Under the pieces are notes generated by a model. It did not search any database, was not told where the DNA came from, and saw nothing but the letters and a program-made list of their open reading frames with translations. Below, in pieces: positions 10,771 through 28,846 of a stretch of DNA of 64,000 nt (position 1 is the stretch's first letter; every line of letters begins with the position of its first letter). The translations under genes were made by a program, and so were the position numbers. The stretch is from assembly GCA_964019425.1 (NCBI GenBank), contig OZ025806.1, positions 496,001 through 560,000 on the forward strand, read 5' to 3'. This DNA is from Flectonema sp. DT1601. Taxonomy: Eukaryota.

Positions 10771-12507
10771 CAGGGATGTATATCTGTGAAGGGTGTGTGA
10801 GAGTTTTTGTTATTTTATTTTATTGATCTACTGCGCTTGTTTAATTAATACTTGGTGTACCTTATGAAGAGAATAATATAAACCACTGATGGATGCTTTT
10901 CAATAATAACAACATAATGTGGTGGGCGAAACCCCTCTATTGAAATAACTGGAAAAAAAAAATTAAAAAAAAAAAAAAAAAAAAAAGGGGGAAAGTAATC
11001 AGAAAATTCTTTTTATCTCTTGTCGCATTCTGCGATTAAGACAAATTGCCACCGGCTGGTTAACAAAGGGCATGGGACTACGGGTGAAGATGTGTGGAAA
11101 GTGGGAATACCAAAAAAAAAAAAAAAAAAAAAGGAAGACAGAGTTAACACAAAGAATAAAATAAAAATAAACAAAAAAAAAAAAAAAAAAAAAAAAAGAC
11201 TGAAAGCATTTTCATTTTATTTAAGAAAAATATAAATTACCAAACAAACTCATAAGTGAGTGACCAAGGGGTGGGTTCTAAGAAGGGATAAAAAAAGGAT
11301 AAATTGAAAAATCAATTTTGCGTCAGGAAAATCGAAGCGGCCTTCCCCATACAAAATCGACAAGATGAGAAAAAAAGAAGAAAATTGGAGGAGGATGGGG
11401 AGGGCTGGTCACTTTCGATACTCGTAGCTCCCCACGAAATCTATTGTTAATTTTTTTGTAGATTCTTAAAATATTAAGTAGTCATCTCTCAGACTTGGTA
11501 TCGTTGCTTTTGAGGTTTTCAAATTACTCAATTTGACTGGTCTTGGCTGGGGGAGATCGCCAGACTTCAACGCTTCCAGTCTTTTTAAAAAGAAAAAAAA
11601 AAAAAGGAACGAAAGAATTTTCACATCATAATATACAGACAAATTACACAAAAAGTGTGCAAAAATAAGGATGTAGATCGAAGGACGGATCATTTTTTAG
11701 TTGTTTTTTTTTTTTTTTTTTTTTTCTATTTTGCATTGCCTGTTGCTTTGCATTTGTCAAGATTTCTTTTTTTTTTTTTTTTGGAGGGGCGGGGGGAAAA
11801 TATGACAACTTACATAGTGGGTGTCGATATGTCATTCAGGTCTTCGAATGACCACCTCATTCATCCAAGAGCTACATATGACGAAGTTACTCTCAGTTGT
11901 TGCGGTATATTAATGATGTGAGGAAACGTTGCCTTTAAATTTGAAAAAGCGAACTAATCAGTGATTGGAGGTCACTTTCCTTCCTCCACGAACCACAGAT
12001 TGAGTGGGGGAAAGTACAAAAAACCTAATAACAAAATGGGGATGGGAAGAAGTTGGAAAGAAAGAAAAAAAAAAAAAAAGAAAAACTACTTCACATTATT
12101 TTGTTAACATAAACAGAGTCAGGCGGTTTGAGGAGAAGCTGCTGCTCCCCTTTCGATTTGATAATTTTCTTAACAAAAAAAAGAGAAAAAAAAAAAAAAA
12201 GGGGAAAAAAAAACATAATACAGAGTCCATAAGACCCACATCACAACCATCTAATTTATATACAGCTTTGGTTTAACCAGGAAGGTAATTACAGCAAGCA
12301 GCAACAGCTTTTCCTTTTTTCTCTAATAACAGTCGGCGTAAAATGTTTTCCCATGGCAATCGTTTGTAATGGAGTACAGGAGGCCAGCAGGAGAAGGCGG
12401 AGCGACAATCTAAGACTATATGTGGCTTCCGTGTGTGATTGCCATTAATACTTACATATGTTGTGGCATAACTTAAATTAACACGTGCTTATCAACACAA
12501 TGGTTGA

Positions 12508-18241
<5,734 letters not shown>

Positions 18242-18799
18242 TTTATTGCTGGATGTGCTTTAGGAAACAGTGAGTAATAACGTACTTCATGGTTAGGCAA
18301 GTCAGTACATAGTAGAAGCCGCAGATCGATACTTTACTCCTCCACTCCCGGTGTCTTTTTATAATCTTAGTTGACAAGCAAACAAACACGGAAGGAACTC
18401 ACGGAAGGTGAGTTCCTTCATAATTTTTTTTTTTCTTCAAAAAGTTTAACTGAACATCAGTCATGTTGGAAATACAAACAAAAAAAAGAAAAAAAAAAAA
18501 AAAAAATGTCTCCAACAACTTCTATTCCTTTATTAGACTACCGTACGTGTGTTTCAATTAACAATACAATAATTAGTGTTAAAGGTCGGTTTGGATGAAG
18601 TAGTACTTCATTTCGTCTTATTACAGTTTTCACATATCAGCCGTGAGGAAGCCAAGGATTCACATCAAATAAAAATTATACATCCTCTTCTGTAACTCAA
18701 TTCACTGCAACAGAGTGCTATCCGAGTGGAGAAAAAAAAAATGAGATTAGAAGAAATAAAATTTATTTCATTTCTGATTGAAAATTTTATTTTTTCCGT

Positions 18800-18885
18800 T
18801 CCCGATCTGTTTTCCTGACAAGACTCATCTCGCAGTGTTTCTCCCGATCTGTTTTCCTGACAAGACTCATCTCGCAGTGTTTCTC
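18800..18885. repeat. Perfect 42-bp tandem duplication
   Basis: tcccgatctgttttcctgacaagactcatctcgcagtgtttc occurs twice in tandem. Confidence 0.95.
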
Positions 18886-19857
18886 ATTGGTGTCTGCTCT
18901 TCGAAAAAAAAAAAAAAAAAGCATTTCTATTTTCCTTTTCCACGATTTAATTTAAAAAGAAACAGAAAGAAGAAAGAACAAAAAAAAAACAAAAGGATAG
19001 ACTGAAAACACAAAAAAGAATGCTCTGTGATGAAACAGACAGGTTGAATTTTCAATAAATAAAAAAACAAATCTAACATTAATGCTAACTACGGCTTATC
19101 AACGCAAGGAAGGTTGCAAGGTTCAAATTATCTCAATCAAGATTCTCCATTGGTGAACATTGCTACTCCTCACATTGATGGGGAAAACGATGAATCAATA
19201 GCTCAGTAGTACGGCTTGCATTCAGGTAATAAATACATACTACATTCGACGATTAAAAAAAAAAAAAAAAAAAAACACTATAACTGCTACCGGATAATAT
19301 TATTATTTTTTTTTTTTTTTTTCTGTTTCCAAGTAAAGTTATTTTTTTTTTTTTTTTTTTTTTTTTTTTCTTCATCCAACATAAGCCCCCCAACAAGGGG
19401 AAACACGCCCCAATAGATAACCAGCAACATAAAAAGGACATCGGATATATCAATAATATAGAAAGATAAATACAAGGATATATATGAAACTACTAAGAAA
19501 GAGCTATTCTGTTTGAGTGACTACACAAATATATGTGCTGGTTGATAAAAAACGATGGCAAGAATTTCCCAAAAGGGGAAAAATAAAACAAATTTAAAAA
19601 AAAAAAAAGATATCTACTTTACTAAAGGTACAACTAAACCGGAACGTTATATTTCTATTGGGGAAGAAAGGATTTGGGCGAGAACTAATATTTGTGAACT
19701 ACTATTTTCTATTTTTTTTTTTATTTTTTTTTTCCCCTCCAAAAAAAAAAAGAACTAAATCCCTACAATAAGGAATATCATCTTACATTTGTCTATTTGA
19801 CGAGTCTGCAACGGCTGTGATGGTAGGGTCTATATCGGTATGCAAACTGCTAAAAAT

Positions 19858-22743
19858 TTAGTCAGTCAGATCACACTCAAATCCGGCAACCCCAGGTTCG
19901 AATCCCGTGAATGATCTTCCTCTAGTATCACCACAGCCTTTGAGAATTTCACAAAGAGTGTTTTTATAGTTTTGACATTTCACATTACTCATCGACGATC
20001 CACAGTTTATCTTTTGAGTGAAACCAACATGCGAATCAATGGAAGGAAGAAAAGCGTTATCAGGGATGATAGAAACACTACTTGAAATAAGGGAAGCAGA
20101 CGTGTACTTTTCGTGTGTCAGACGGCTTCCTGGAGAACCGAACGACACCACAGAATATTCCTTAGTACCTTCCAGTTGACTTCCTATAATTGAAGCCCAT
20201 GCTCCGTGCATTCCAGAGCCAGCTAGGAAGACCTTTCCTGTCGATGTTTTTATTTGGTCCAGGGCAAATTGGTGTTCTGAAGTTCCCTTCATCGGTTTCT
20301 TTATAAAATTAGTAAAGGAAACGAATCCCTTTCTTTGTGACACACTCCACAGAGAGAAAAATGGATTCACGTAGCTCAGAAGGTCGAAGAATGCGGCGTC
20401 GCTGAACAGATCTACATCTCGCATCCAAGAACGACCGAATTCGGGATCACGAAACACGTAAATATCTGAGCTGTCAGAGACAAGTGTGTACTTATCATAT
20501 AATAAAGGAGACCCTGCTGGGTTGACTGACAGACCAAGTCGGGTGCGAGCAGCTTCAGAAGTCTCAGTTAGTACGATGCCACCACTAAACCATTGCGTGA
20601 GATCCCTCCCGATTGTTGCTTCACGAGATTCTGCACCACCTTGTTTTTGATGACTTGCCATTACAAGTAAAGCGAAATCTTGAATTGTAACTGATCTATC
20701 AGTTCCCCAACGGAGATCACACACAAGATAAGGAGTACTTCCAGTATAAGATGCTCCTGTTGCAGCAATTGGTTCTGATAGTCCGAAAGTTGACCAGTCA
20801 CCAAATCCATAAGTCATACCAACAAACACAATAAATAACACCAAATACCATGTCATTATCATTGCGTCAGCAGTAAGGACTCTATCTCTTCTGTTGTAGT
20901 ATGATTCTCTAGGAGGTTTATTCGATGGTGGAATTGTGGAGTTTACGACAGCTGTTGCCTCTCCTTCGATCTCGAAACCAAGACTTTCGATAGGTCGCAT
21001 GACTGTGTCATGAGAAGAAGTGATATCATGAACACTGTTGTCAAAATCTAAAGGAAGCTGACGAGGTTCCGCACAACGAAGTCGAGAACAACATCCCTGC
21101 CATACATTACTACAAGGAAGCAATGGTATGCATCGTGATGGCTTTCCTAACCTTTCTCTTCTTCTTTCTTCTTTCAATTCATAAACATCTGATAAAGGTA
21201 AAACCATCACAGTCGCTTCATGTTCTTCTCTTACATGATGATCATGTCTTCGTAAAGTTAGTGCTTGAGTTAGTAATAAGATGATACTTAATTCTAAAGC
21301 TAAGGTTCCCTTCTCAGTTGCCGCAGCCCCACCGATACTTGTAACAATAAATAATCCCCAAACAATGAACATTACCATGGTGACAACTCGTTGCCTTTTA
21401 GCAATTTTTTTAGCACTCTTGTGGCGGAAACCTTGCCAGATTAGGAGACCTCCTCCAACGAAGATAACAACGGTTATAACAAACCACAGATAGTCGATAG
21501 TACCAAGAACTGGATGAGCTGTTACAAATACCCAAGCGATTCCTATTAAGACATGGATAACATAGGCTTGGATGCTGAGTAAGTCAACACCGAATTCAGC
21601 CATTACTAAAGGGTTTGTGATCTTTTTGCGATGCCATGCAGTTGCTTTACTTTCTCTTCGCCTGTTGTTGATGTTGTTGTTGTTGTTGTTGTTTCTGAGA
21701 AGGATAGACTAACTGATGGACCAAAATAAACAATGATGGGCATACCCTTCGTCACCACTTCCTTCTCCGTCATACTCAGTTCTGCGTTCATTTTCATTGT
21801 ATCTGTTGGGAATTGTTGTTGTTGTTATTTTTTTCATTAAACACATCATTACTGATGCTGAAGCAACAATTACATACCTCGCTGCGTCGAGTGCCTTTGC
21901 TGCTTTTTTTAATTTGGAGCCCATTCGAAGGGCACGAGCTTTCTGACGAAATGAAACCCACCAAAAATATATAAATATGAGCATCACCAGACTTTCAAAA
22001 ACTACGAACCCAGCAAAAGTAAAATTACCAACAATGGAGAAGAAAGGCTCTTCATTTGAAATAGTGGTGGCGATACTGAAGGCTAAGGGACCGAAAAAGA
22101 CAGCAATAGTAAAAAAGAAAAGCTGATAATCTCTGTAGCGAATGGTACTCTCCTCAGAAGAACCATAACTTGGAAGCAATAATAAATTAACTGAAGTACG
22201 AGTAAATCCTATCCAGTGCATAATAAGCTTCACAGACATAAATATCAAAGCAGCGAGTAAAGTGAGGGTACTCCAGAACATACAAAGCATTGCAAGAGGT
22301 GAGAAGAACGTTGTTCCTTTATCAGTGGTTGGAATTACAGTTCTATATCCAGCAGCTAAGAGAACATTTGTTCCGAGGACAATGATGAATGTCAGATTGC
22401 AAAATAAAAGATAAAAAACATAACACCGAAACCAAAGTGAGAATCCAATCTCTTGAGATAGACTTGACACGTATCCCCCAACAGTGCATCCCGTGAAATT
22501 CCAGCTACTACTTCCTTTGGGACTCGTGTTTTCAATCACGATGCTTTCAACAGGTGCTTGTGGTTTGTTTCGATTTTCTCTATTATTTCTACTCCTGCTT
22601 TGATCCGCATTAGTGTATTGGTATTGACTGTACACATCCTGATCTGTGTACGGAATAGCTGCTTGTTCACTTTGAAGGTATTGTTGGCTGAGATCAACGC
22701 CAGCCGTTTCATCGACGATCTGCATCTCCTCTACCGAACCCAT
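19858..22743 (-). CDS. Multi-pass membrane protein with degenerate class-3 lipase-like domain, paralog B (3 exons, about 908 aa)
   Basis: Exons 22743-21878, 21802-21746, 21661-19858. Shares LTLRRHDHHVR, YYNxRDRVLTADAM, TIQDFA and CEILKxCGD with paralog A. Nucleophile region reads VFLAGSGMHGA. Confidence 0.85.
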
Positions 22744-23170
22744 TTTCGTGTTTCAGATGAAACTGTAATTAATAATACATATTAGATAAGTCTATTTGAC
22801 GATACAAATAATCATAAAGTCGATTAGTAGTAATTCGGATCTACATGATGTAGCATTTTCGTTGTTTTCAATTTTCTTGAAAAAATAAAAATAATTAATA
22901 AAAAAAAACATAAAACACTCTCAGCTACCACATTAGTTAAGATTTCAAGTGCCATGTCGTTAAATATTTTTTTTTATTTTGAATTATTATTTTTTTTTTT
23001 TTTTTTAAAAAAGGATTAACTTAATCATTAAGAGAATGAATGAAGAAGAAGAGGATTAAAAATCACCGGTACTTGAAGGGAAAAAAAAGGGCGAGCAAGC
23101 AGGTTTTTTTTTTTTTTTTTTTTTTTTGCCTTTTTTTAATCAAAAAAAGGCAAGTGTATTATAAAAACAT

Positions 23171-24406
23171 TTAAACTTTTGCCTCTGCTAACATTTTTGT
23201 TAAGTCTGTTGTGGATAACCCTTCCCCATCATCGTCACCAAAAGCACCGATGATTTGATCCAACATAGCGGACATTTCCTTAGAGCTTTCCATTACCCTC
23301 TTGGGATCAGTTAGTAATTTTCGATGTTCTTCAGCAAGTTCTTTCCAGTTAGTTCCGTGACAAATACTATTAATTAGTCTTGGAACAGGCTCGATGACGA
23401 GTGAAGATCTGAATTTCTCTTCTGTTGAATGCGGTGGTTCCAAAAATGACAGTTCATCCAGGGCTCTTTGAACTTCCTCGAGGGGTGGAATCTGGTCTAC
23501 TAAAATTTCATTTAAAAATTTTCTGATTTTTAAAATCTGTTCCTTCCTCCACATGTTGTAGTTATATTTTTCACGACAGACAGGGGATGTTAGTAACATA
23601 TGCATTATGAACCAAGTGTGAGCTTCGTATTCACAGACGACATAAATATCAGTTTTTTCAACAGTTTTCCATTCCTTTGTTTTAAATTTCGACATCCCAT
23701 TTGCGTCTCTTCGCAGCCAAACTCTATTGTCCAGCAGCGTTGCTAGTCCTACGGGCATGTCATTCTTTTTTAAGATGCTGTTGACAGCAGACATAGGTAG
23801 GATTTTTATTTTATCAATGATATACCAAAGAACTGATATTGAAGTCATGCATATAGTGAATTCTTGTCGTCTTTCAGATTGTAGCCGATGGTCTATTTTA
23901 TTTGCTTCTTCGACATCTGTTGGTAATACAGGCCAATAGTCATCATCTGCGTGAGAGTTTAGTGTAATGATATTACGCCATAAGTAATCGAGGACTTCAA
24001 GTAGGTCCTCATCTGCGCGACAAACTCCTTCTTCAGTCCAAAAAATTAACTCCAACAGATTAACCAGAATCCCTTCATAGTATAATAGCGAATACATTGC
24101 TGCCGGGTTCTTTGTTGCGACATCGTCTCTTATGATTGGGTAAATCTTTTTTCTCCATTGTTCAATGACTAGTAGTTCGTGAATCAACACGGATACTTTA
24201 TCGTGATTTAAGATACCCTCAACAACATAATCACTAACTTGACTAGCAGTATTGTGATGTGCTTGACAGTTTAATTTCTCTACTTGAGATCTCTGAGCCT
24301 GCCATCCTTTTTCTCCAACTTCTGAAATTGTAAATGGCTGCAATCCTTTTATTATAGCCTCTGTTTCTGGTTGCATTAATATTTGAGAACCTGTAAATCC
24401 TTCCAT
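23171..24406 (-). CDS. ZMYND10: ZMYND10/BLU-like axonemal dynein assembly factor, no MYND finger visible
   Basis: W..Q...VEKLN.QAH, KV..LIHELLVIE.WR, LYYEG.LVNLLE, LNE.LVDQIPPL..VQR.L..L match the conserved N-terminal/central region of ZMYND10. Start at MEGFTG (24406). Confidence 0.8.
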   Translation of the reverse strand: MEGFTGSQILMQPETEAIIKGLQPFTISEVGEKGWQAQRSQVEKLNCQAHHNTASQVSDYVVEGILNHDKVSVLIHELLVIEQWRKKIYPIIRDDVATKNPAAMYSLLYYEGILVNLLELIFWTEEGVCRADEDLLEVLDYLWRNIITLNSHADDDYWPVLPTDVEEANKIDHRLQSERRQEFTICMTSISVLWYIIDKIKILPMSAVNSILKKNDMPVGLATLLDNRVWLRRDANGMSKFKTKEWKTVEKTDIYVVCEYEAHTWFIMHMLLTSPVCREKYNYNMWRKEQILKIRKFLNEILVDQIPPLEEVQRALDELSFLEPPHSTEEKFRSSLVIEPVPRLINSICHGTNWKELAEEHRKLLTDPKRVMESSKEMSAMLDQIIGAFGDDDGEGLSTTDLTKMLAEAKV

Positions 24407-24727
24407 TGTTGTTTTTTTTTTTTTTTTTTTTTTCTCTTTTTTTAAGGTAGGATACCTCTGAAACAATAAAAATAGGGACACGTGACGATTATACGAAATT
24501 AAAAAAACACCCTAAATGGAGATAGATCAAAATATTATTTTTTTATATAAGGGAATCACCCTCTATTTTATGAGGCTATTCTCTCTCTCACATACAACAC
24601 ACTGCATATAATAAAAAGGCCTCTAAAAAAAAAAAAAAAAAAAAAAAATGAATATCAATTCTAAATATTTTTTTTAAAAAAAAAAAAAAAAAAATAGGGA
24701 TAGATAATTAATAAAGAGAGAGTAGTC

Positions 24728-25292
24728 TTACAAAACAAGCTCTTCGAGATCGTCTTCTTCTTCGGTTGGTTTATTTTTTTCATCCAGATCAGGGTATTCT
24801 TCCTCATCTTCAAGCAGGTGCATAGTACATTTCTGTGGAGGTTGGACTATTGGATCAATTTTATCAACGAGACCTGAGTAGCCTCTCGATATCAGTTCTT
24901 TTTCCATTTCGGATATGTCGTTTTCCATTCTTTTCATTACAACCTCATTCTCTCTTATGGCCAAGCTATATTCAACTTCTTCAGGATCCTTGCTTAGTTC
25001 TGCTTGGAGTTCTCTGTTTTGTTGGTTGTTGGTTGGTTGGTTGTCGTTTTTTTCATCAAATCAAAAATAAAAATAAAACAAACAAGACATACTCGTTAGT
25101 TTTTACAAGTAATTGAATACTCTCACGTAGCTTCTTTATCTGATCCGGATAAAGTCTATAATCGCTTCCATACATGATTAGCGTATCTTCAGGGTTTGGT
25201 GTTTTCTTTTTTCGGTTTAAAATATAAATTCCTTCTGCTAATTTTTCTCCCCAATCTGCATCAACTTCATCACTGCTTTCTTTTAAAGGCAT
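24728..25292 (-). CDS. Small coiled-coil protein, possible Tma17/Adc17-like (2 exons, about 161 aa)
   Basis: Exons 25292-25093 and 25013-24728 (intron GTATG…AACAG). The spliced IKKLRESIQLLVKTNEEL…YSLAIRENEVVM resembles the Tma17 pattern NSIxHLxRSN…YxxSVRENEIVL (recalled, not searched). Confidence 0.6.
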
Positions 25293-25942
25293 ATTTTTTT
25301 TTTTTTTTTTTTTATTCGTTGCTGATTGAAAGAAGATAATAAATTTAAAAAATTTTAAAAAAAAAAATTCATATTTTTGATTTAGACGTTTAGTTTAATT
25401 GCTTAATGAATAAGGCATCTTTAATTAGCAGTTTATTCTTTACATCGAAAGAGAAAAAAAAACTAAAAAAAAAGTGATCCTAAGACTGACAGTTAAACTG
25501 GCAGCGGGCAGTGTAGTACACGATAGCAAAAAAAAGAAAAGAGTTCAAAGAAAAAAAAAAAAAGGGTTAGGTTGGTAAAAAATATGAAGAATGAGATAAC
25601 AATATTCCCTTGGGTCGGCGTTGTGAGAATAAATTCTGCTTTTTTTTTTTTTTTTTTTTTTTGCATTTAGCAAGTATTGTAAGAACGAAAAAGAATGTTG
25701 GGCAGCACACGTAAACCTCCTTTAGCTTTATCAGTTTAAGTCGGTTCACGGGTTTCGTGACACAAACAAAGTTCACTCACGATATTGAATTCAACGTTAA
25801 GAAGTTCATCGACAGGTAGACGAACGACTTTCAGTAATATTGTTACGAAACAGTTTTTAAAAAAAAATAAAACGCAAAAAAATCAAAATCAAACACACAG
25901 AAATACTCTCTCAAGGTATTTAGAGAGTACTTCTGGTTTTGT

Positions 25943-26353
25943 TTATCGATTATAACCCCACAGAGCTAAAAGTAAAATTATATCATCGAGATACCCTATG
26001 ATTGGTATAAAATCCGGGATCACGTCAATAGGACTTATGCAATACAGTACTACTAACATAATAAAAATATATAATTTGAGATCTGATTGTTGCTGTGGAG
26101 GTGACTGCGGTGGAAACAATCCTTTTAATGTCTCATCAGTTTCACGATGGGCGGCATTATCACCGACGAGCTGTCGTATGGTGTATCCAGGGTTTTGTGA
26201 TTTTATTAAAGACCTGCAAATAGGACATTTTAGTTCACTTCTTCCTGATCTTGCCATTTGAATTAAACACTGTCCACACAAAGTGTGACCACATCCGATC
26301 TCCACCGCTCCTGTTAGTGTTTCCATGCAAATTGGACATTCGCTATTCGACAT
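25943..26353 (-). CDS. RNF170: RING-HC E3 ligase with C-terminal DUF1232 membrane region (RNF170-like)
   Basis: CPIC…CGHTLCGQC…CPICR, followed by YCISPIDVIPDFIPIIGYLDD. Confidence 0.8.
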   Translation of the reverse strand: MSNSECPICMETLTGAVEIGCGHTLCGQCLIQMARSGRSELKCPICRSLIKSQNPGYTIRQLVGDNAAHRETDETLKGLFPPQSPPQQQSDLKLYIFIMLVVLYCISPIDVIPDFIPIIGYLDDIILLLALWGYNR

Positions 26354-26691
26354 TTTTTATTGTGAATTTCCCTCCCCCCTGTTGATAAAAATACATAAAT
26401 TATATAGGGGGGGAAAAAAAAAAATTTGTTTTTTTTTTTTAATTGAAGTAAAGAGTGATTCCTCCCTTCCTTTCGGTTAGATAATTTGTGAACTCTTTTT
26501 GTTCGAAATAAAGGCGACGTGACGATTTACCTGCAAAGAAACATCCAATGAAGTTTCTTGATAGCATTGAAAGACAAAGCAGCCTGACATGCTGAACAAT
26601 ATTTACTCTTACGTGACACAGTAGTCATAGGAAAATAGCAGGTATAAGACAAACAGAATGTGATGGCAATTTAAAAAAAAAAAAAAAAAAA

Positions 26692-27549
26692 CTATTTAAA
26701 ATTAACATCAGCAGCATCATAAACTGGTCTATAGCGTTGACGTTTCTCAGACAACCCCTTAATATTATCTTGGAGGGTGATAAGTTTAAATACTTTAGTG
26801 TCGTTAGGTTCTTTTTCATAAAGTCTGTCGAGTTTATTTTGTCTATGAATTTTTCTGGTAGCAGGTCTGTCGGCATTTGATAGGGTGCAATCAATAACGT
26901 CAACTGTTCTTACCAAGTGTTTATTCTCTTTCAAAGCATGAAATACTCCTCCTCGACCACGATAACGACCATTAACTTTAACACAAAGAGGTATCCTTTC
27001 ACGGGGTTGAACAAGTTTTAAATCTAAACACTTTTGATACAAATGATACAGAGCTTCATTAGTCATTATTTGGGCTGATGCATAACCACCTGCAGCATCT
27101 GCGTGATACCCAGCATCCTTTGGTGTATATGTTAGTATTATTCTGTCGTCTTTACGGCGTACAGTTTCCCATTGTTTTGGTATGAACGAAATAATAGTAT
27201 TCCCCCATGTGCTTCGCACGTACATTATAATAGTGTCGTCCGGTACTGATGTTGTTAGGGCTATCGGGTCGATTTGTGTTTGGTTTTTTTCCCTGCGAAT
27301 CATTTTTGTTACTTGTTGTTCACTTTTTGCACCTCCCATTCTGATTTTCATATTTTCTCTCGTGGTTTCCACAGGAACGTCCTCCTTAATCAATGGGTAC
27401 TTAACGGTAGATGATAGAAGCTGTCGGTCTTTCCATTCATCGTCTCGTCGAAGCATCTCCTCGACATGCTCTTCACCCATAACATGATATAGCTTATCAA
27501 TTGTGTTATTTCCTTTCCATCGAAAGTTTCTTATTGTTCGGCGAAACAT
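26692..27549 (-). CDS. Probable mitochondrial ribosomal protein uS11m
   Basis: MFRR-type presequence. YVRSTWGNTIISF, GY…ASAQ, VKVNGRYRGR..V..AL and IDCT…RP match the uS11 motifs in order. Confidence 0.6.
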   Translation of the reverse strand: MFRRTIRNFRWKGNNTIDKLYHVMGEEHVEEMLRRDDEWKDRQLLSSTVKYPLIKEDVPVETTRENMKIRMGGAKSEQQVTKMIRREKNQTQIDPIALTTSVPDDTIIMYVRSTWGNTIISFIPKQWETVRRKDDRIILTYTPKDAGYHADAAGGYASAQIMTNEALYHLYQKCLDLKLVQPRERIPLCVKVNGRYRGRGGVFHALKENKHLVRTVDVIDCTLSNADRPATRKIHRQNKLDRLYEKEPNDTKVFKLITLQDNIKGLSEKRQRYRPVYDAADVNFK

Positions 27550-27799
27550 TCCTGATAAGAGAGTATTTTAATATTCTTTAACAAACGATAGAACGAATCA
27601 AGTTAGTTACCTCTTCTACTCAGTCATTTAGAAAAACATTCTTGAAAATGTACCTGAAAGACTGCATTAAAAAAAGTAATTAAAAAGCAGCGTATGAAAT
27701 AATTATATTCCGACTTAGTTTGAAAGGAAATACAAAATCTATTTTTTCTATTAAAAAAAGAGAGAAAAAAAAAAAAGAAGAAAAAAAAGGAGACCCCGA

Positions 27800-28573
27800 C
27801 TATGTTAGTTCTTTTGTTTGTGTTAACCGGCTGATAATTTTATCTTTTGCACAAATATCTGATTGGAGGAGTTGTAGTTGATACTTTAATGAACCATCAT
27901 CAGTCTGTGATGACTGAATGTCGAATATTTCAGTCCAATCGGTAATACAAACCCAACCACCAGAATCTAATAATAACCATGAAGCAGTACGAGCAGACAC
28001 AGTCTCAATATCACCATCACTTCTGGTAGAGATGACTGGTGAAGAATGAGATGGAGAAGTATGAACTTTACAATCATCATTTGGACTAACAAGAACATAT
28101 CTCCTCGAGGTGCATGAGTTTAATGAACTATACTGAGATACAGAACGATGTTCTGTTGATAAACCTTTACTAGCTGCTGGACTCTGTGATCTACTAACAA
28201 CTACAGCAGTCGTACCAATCTGTGATATAACTGGTTGTTGTGAAGGTACAGAAGTACTTCGTGTGGATGAACTCTTTACAGGAAGTCTCATGGGTGACAT
28301 TAGACTACATCCACCTTTAACTCTCTGAGCTAATTCTAATTTCTGTTGAGCTAATGCTAATCTCTTTATTAATTTATCTTGTAATGATCCATCAGGTGAT
28401 CCAATCGGAGGTGATAACGATAGGCTTTTCAAAGCTAATCCACTTCTCAAAGGACTCACACACTCTAATTGATCAGACGTATTCTGCGGACTACTCGCAG
28501 CAGTTAAATTTAACTTCGCAGATGCGAGATCCTTCCAACAGGATAAGGCTTCATTAGTCCAAGTGGATACCAT
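27800..28573 (-). CDS. Ser-rich hypothetical protein
   Basis: About 257-aa ORF on the coding strand, acceptor-like CAG at 28586-28584. Confidence 0.65.
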   Translation of the reverse strand: MVSTWTNEALSCWKDLASAKLNLTAASSPQNTSDQLECVSPLRSGLALKSLSLSPPIGSPDGSLQDKLIKRLALAQQKLELAQRVKGGCSLMSPMRLPVKSSSTRSTSVPSQQPVISQIGTTAVVVSRSQSPAASKGLSTEHRSVSQYSSLNSCTSRRYVLVSPNDDCKVHTSPSHSSPVISTRSDGDIETVSARTASWLLLDSGGWVCITDWTEIFDIQSSQTDDGSLKYQLQLLQSDICAKDKIISRLTQTKELT

Positions 28574-28846
28574 CACTTATATCCTGTTGAATGAGAGAGT
28601 TAAAAATATATAAAATCAGACTTTAAACCAACACCCCACTTCATTCACATTGAGGTAGTCCTGTCTCTAGTAAGGTAACGATAATATCGCAATGTTAAGT
28701 CAAAATTATTAATCTTTTTTTTCTTATTAAAATTAGACATCACAATGACAACACAGTATCCATAACAGAGATATCTGAGTCGACACCGGTCGTTGGGTAA
28801 ATGTTGTTATTATGAATTGAGTTAAAGATACGAAACGTCGTTCAGG

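Noticed and set aside
18800..18885. CRISPR-like repeat
   Set aside because: Only two adjacent copies with no spacer, no cas genes, and a eukaryotic context.
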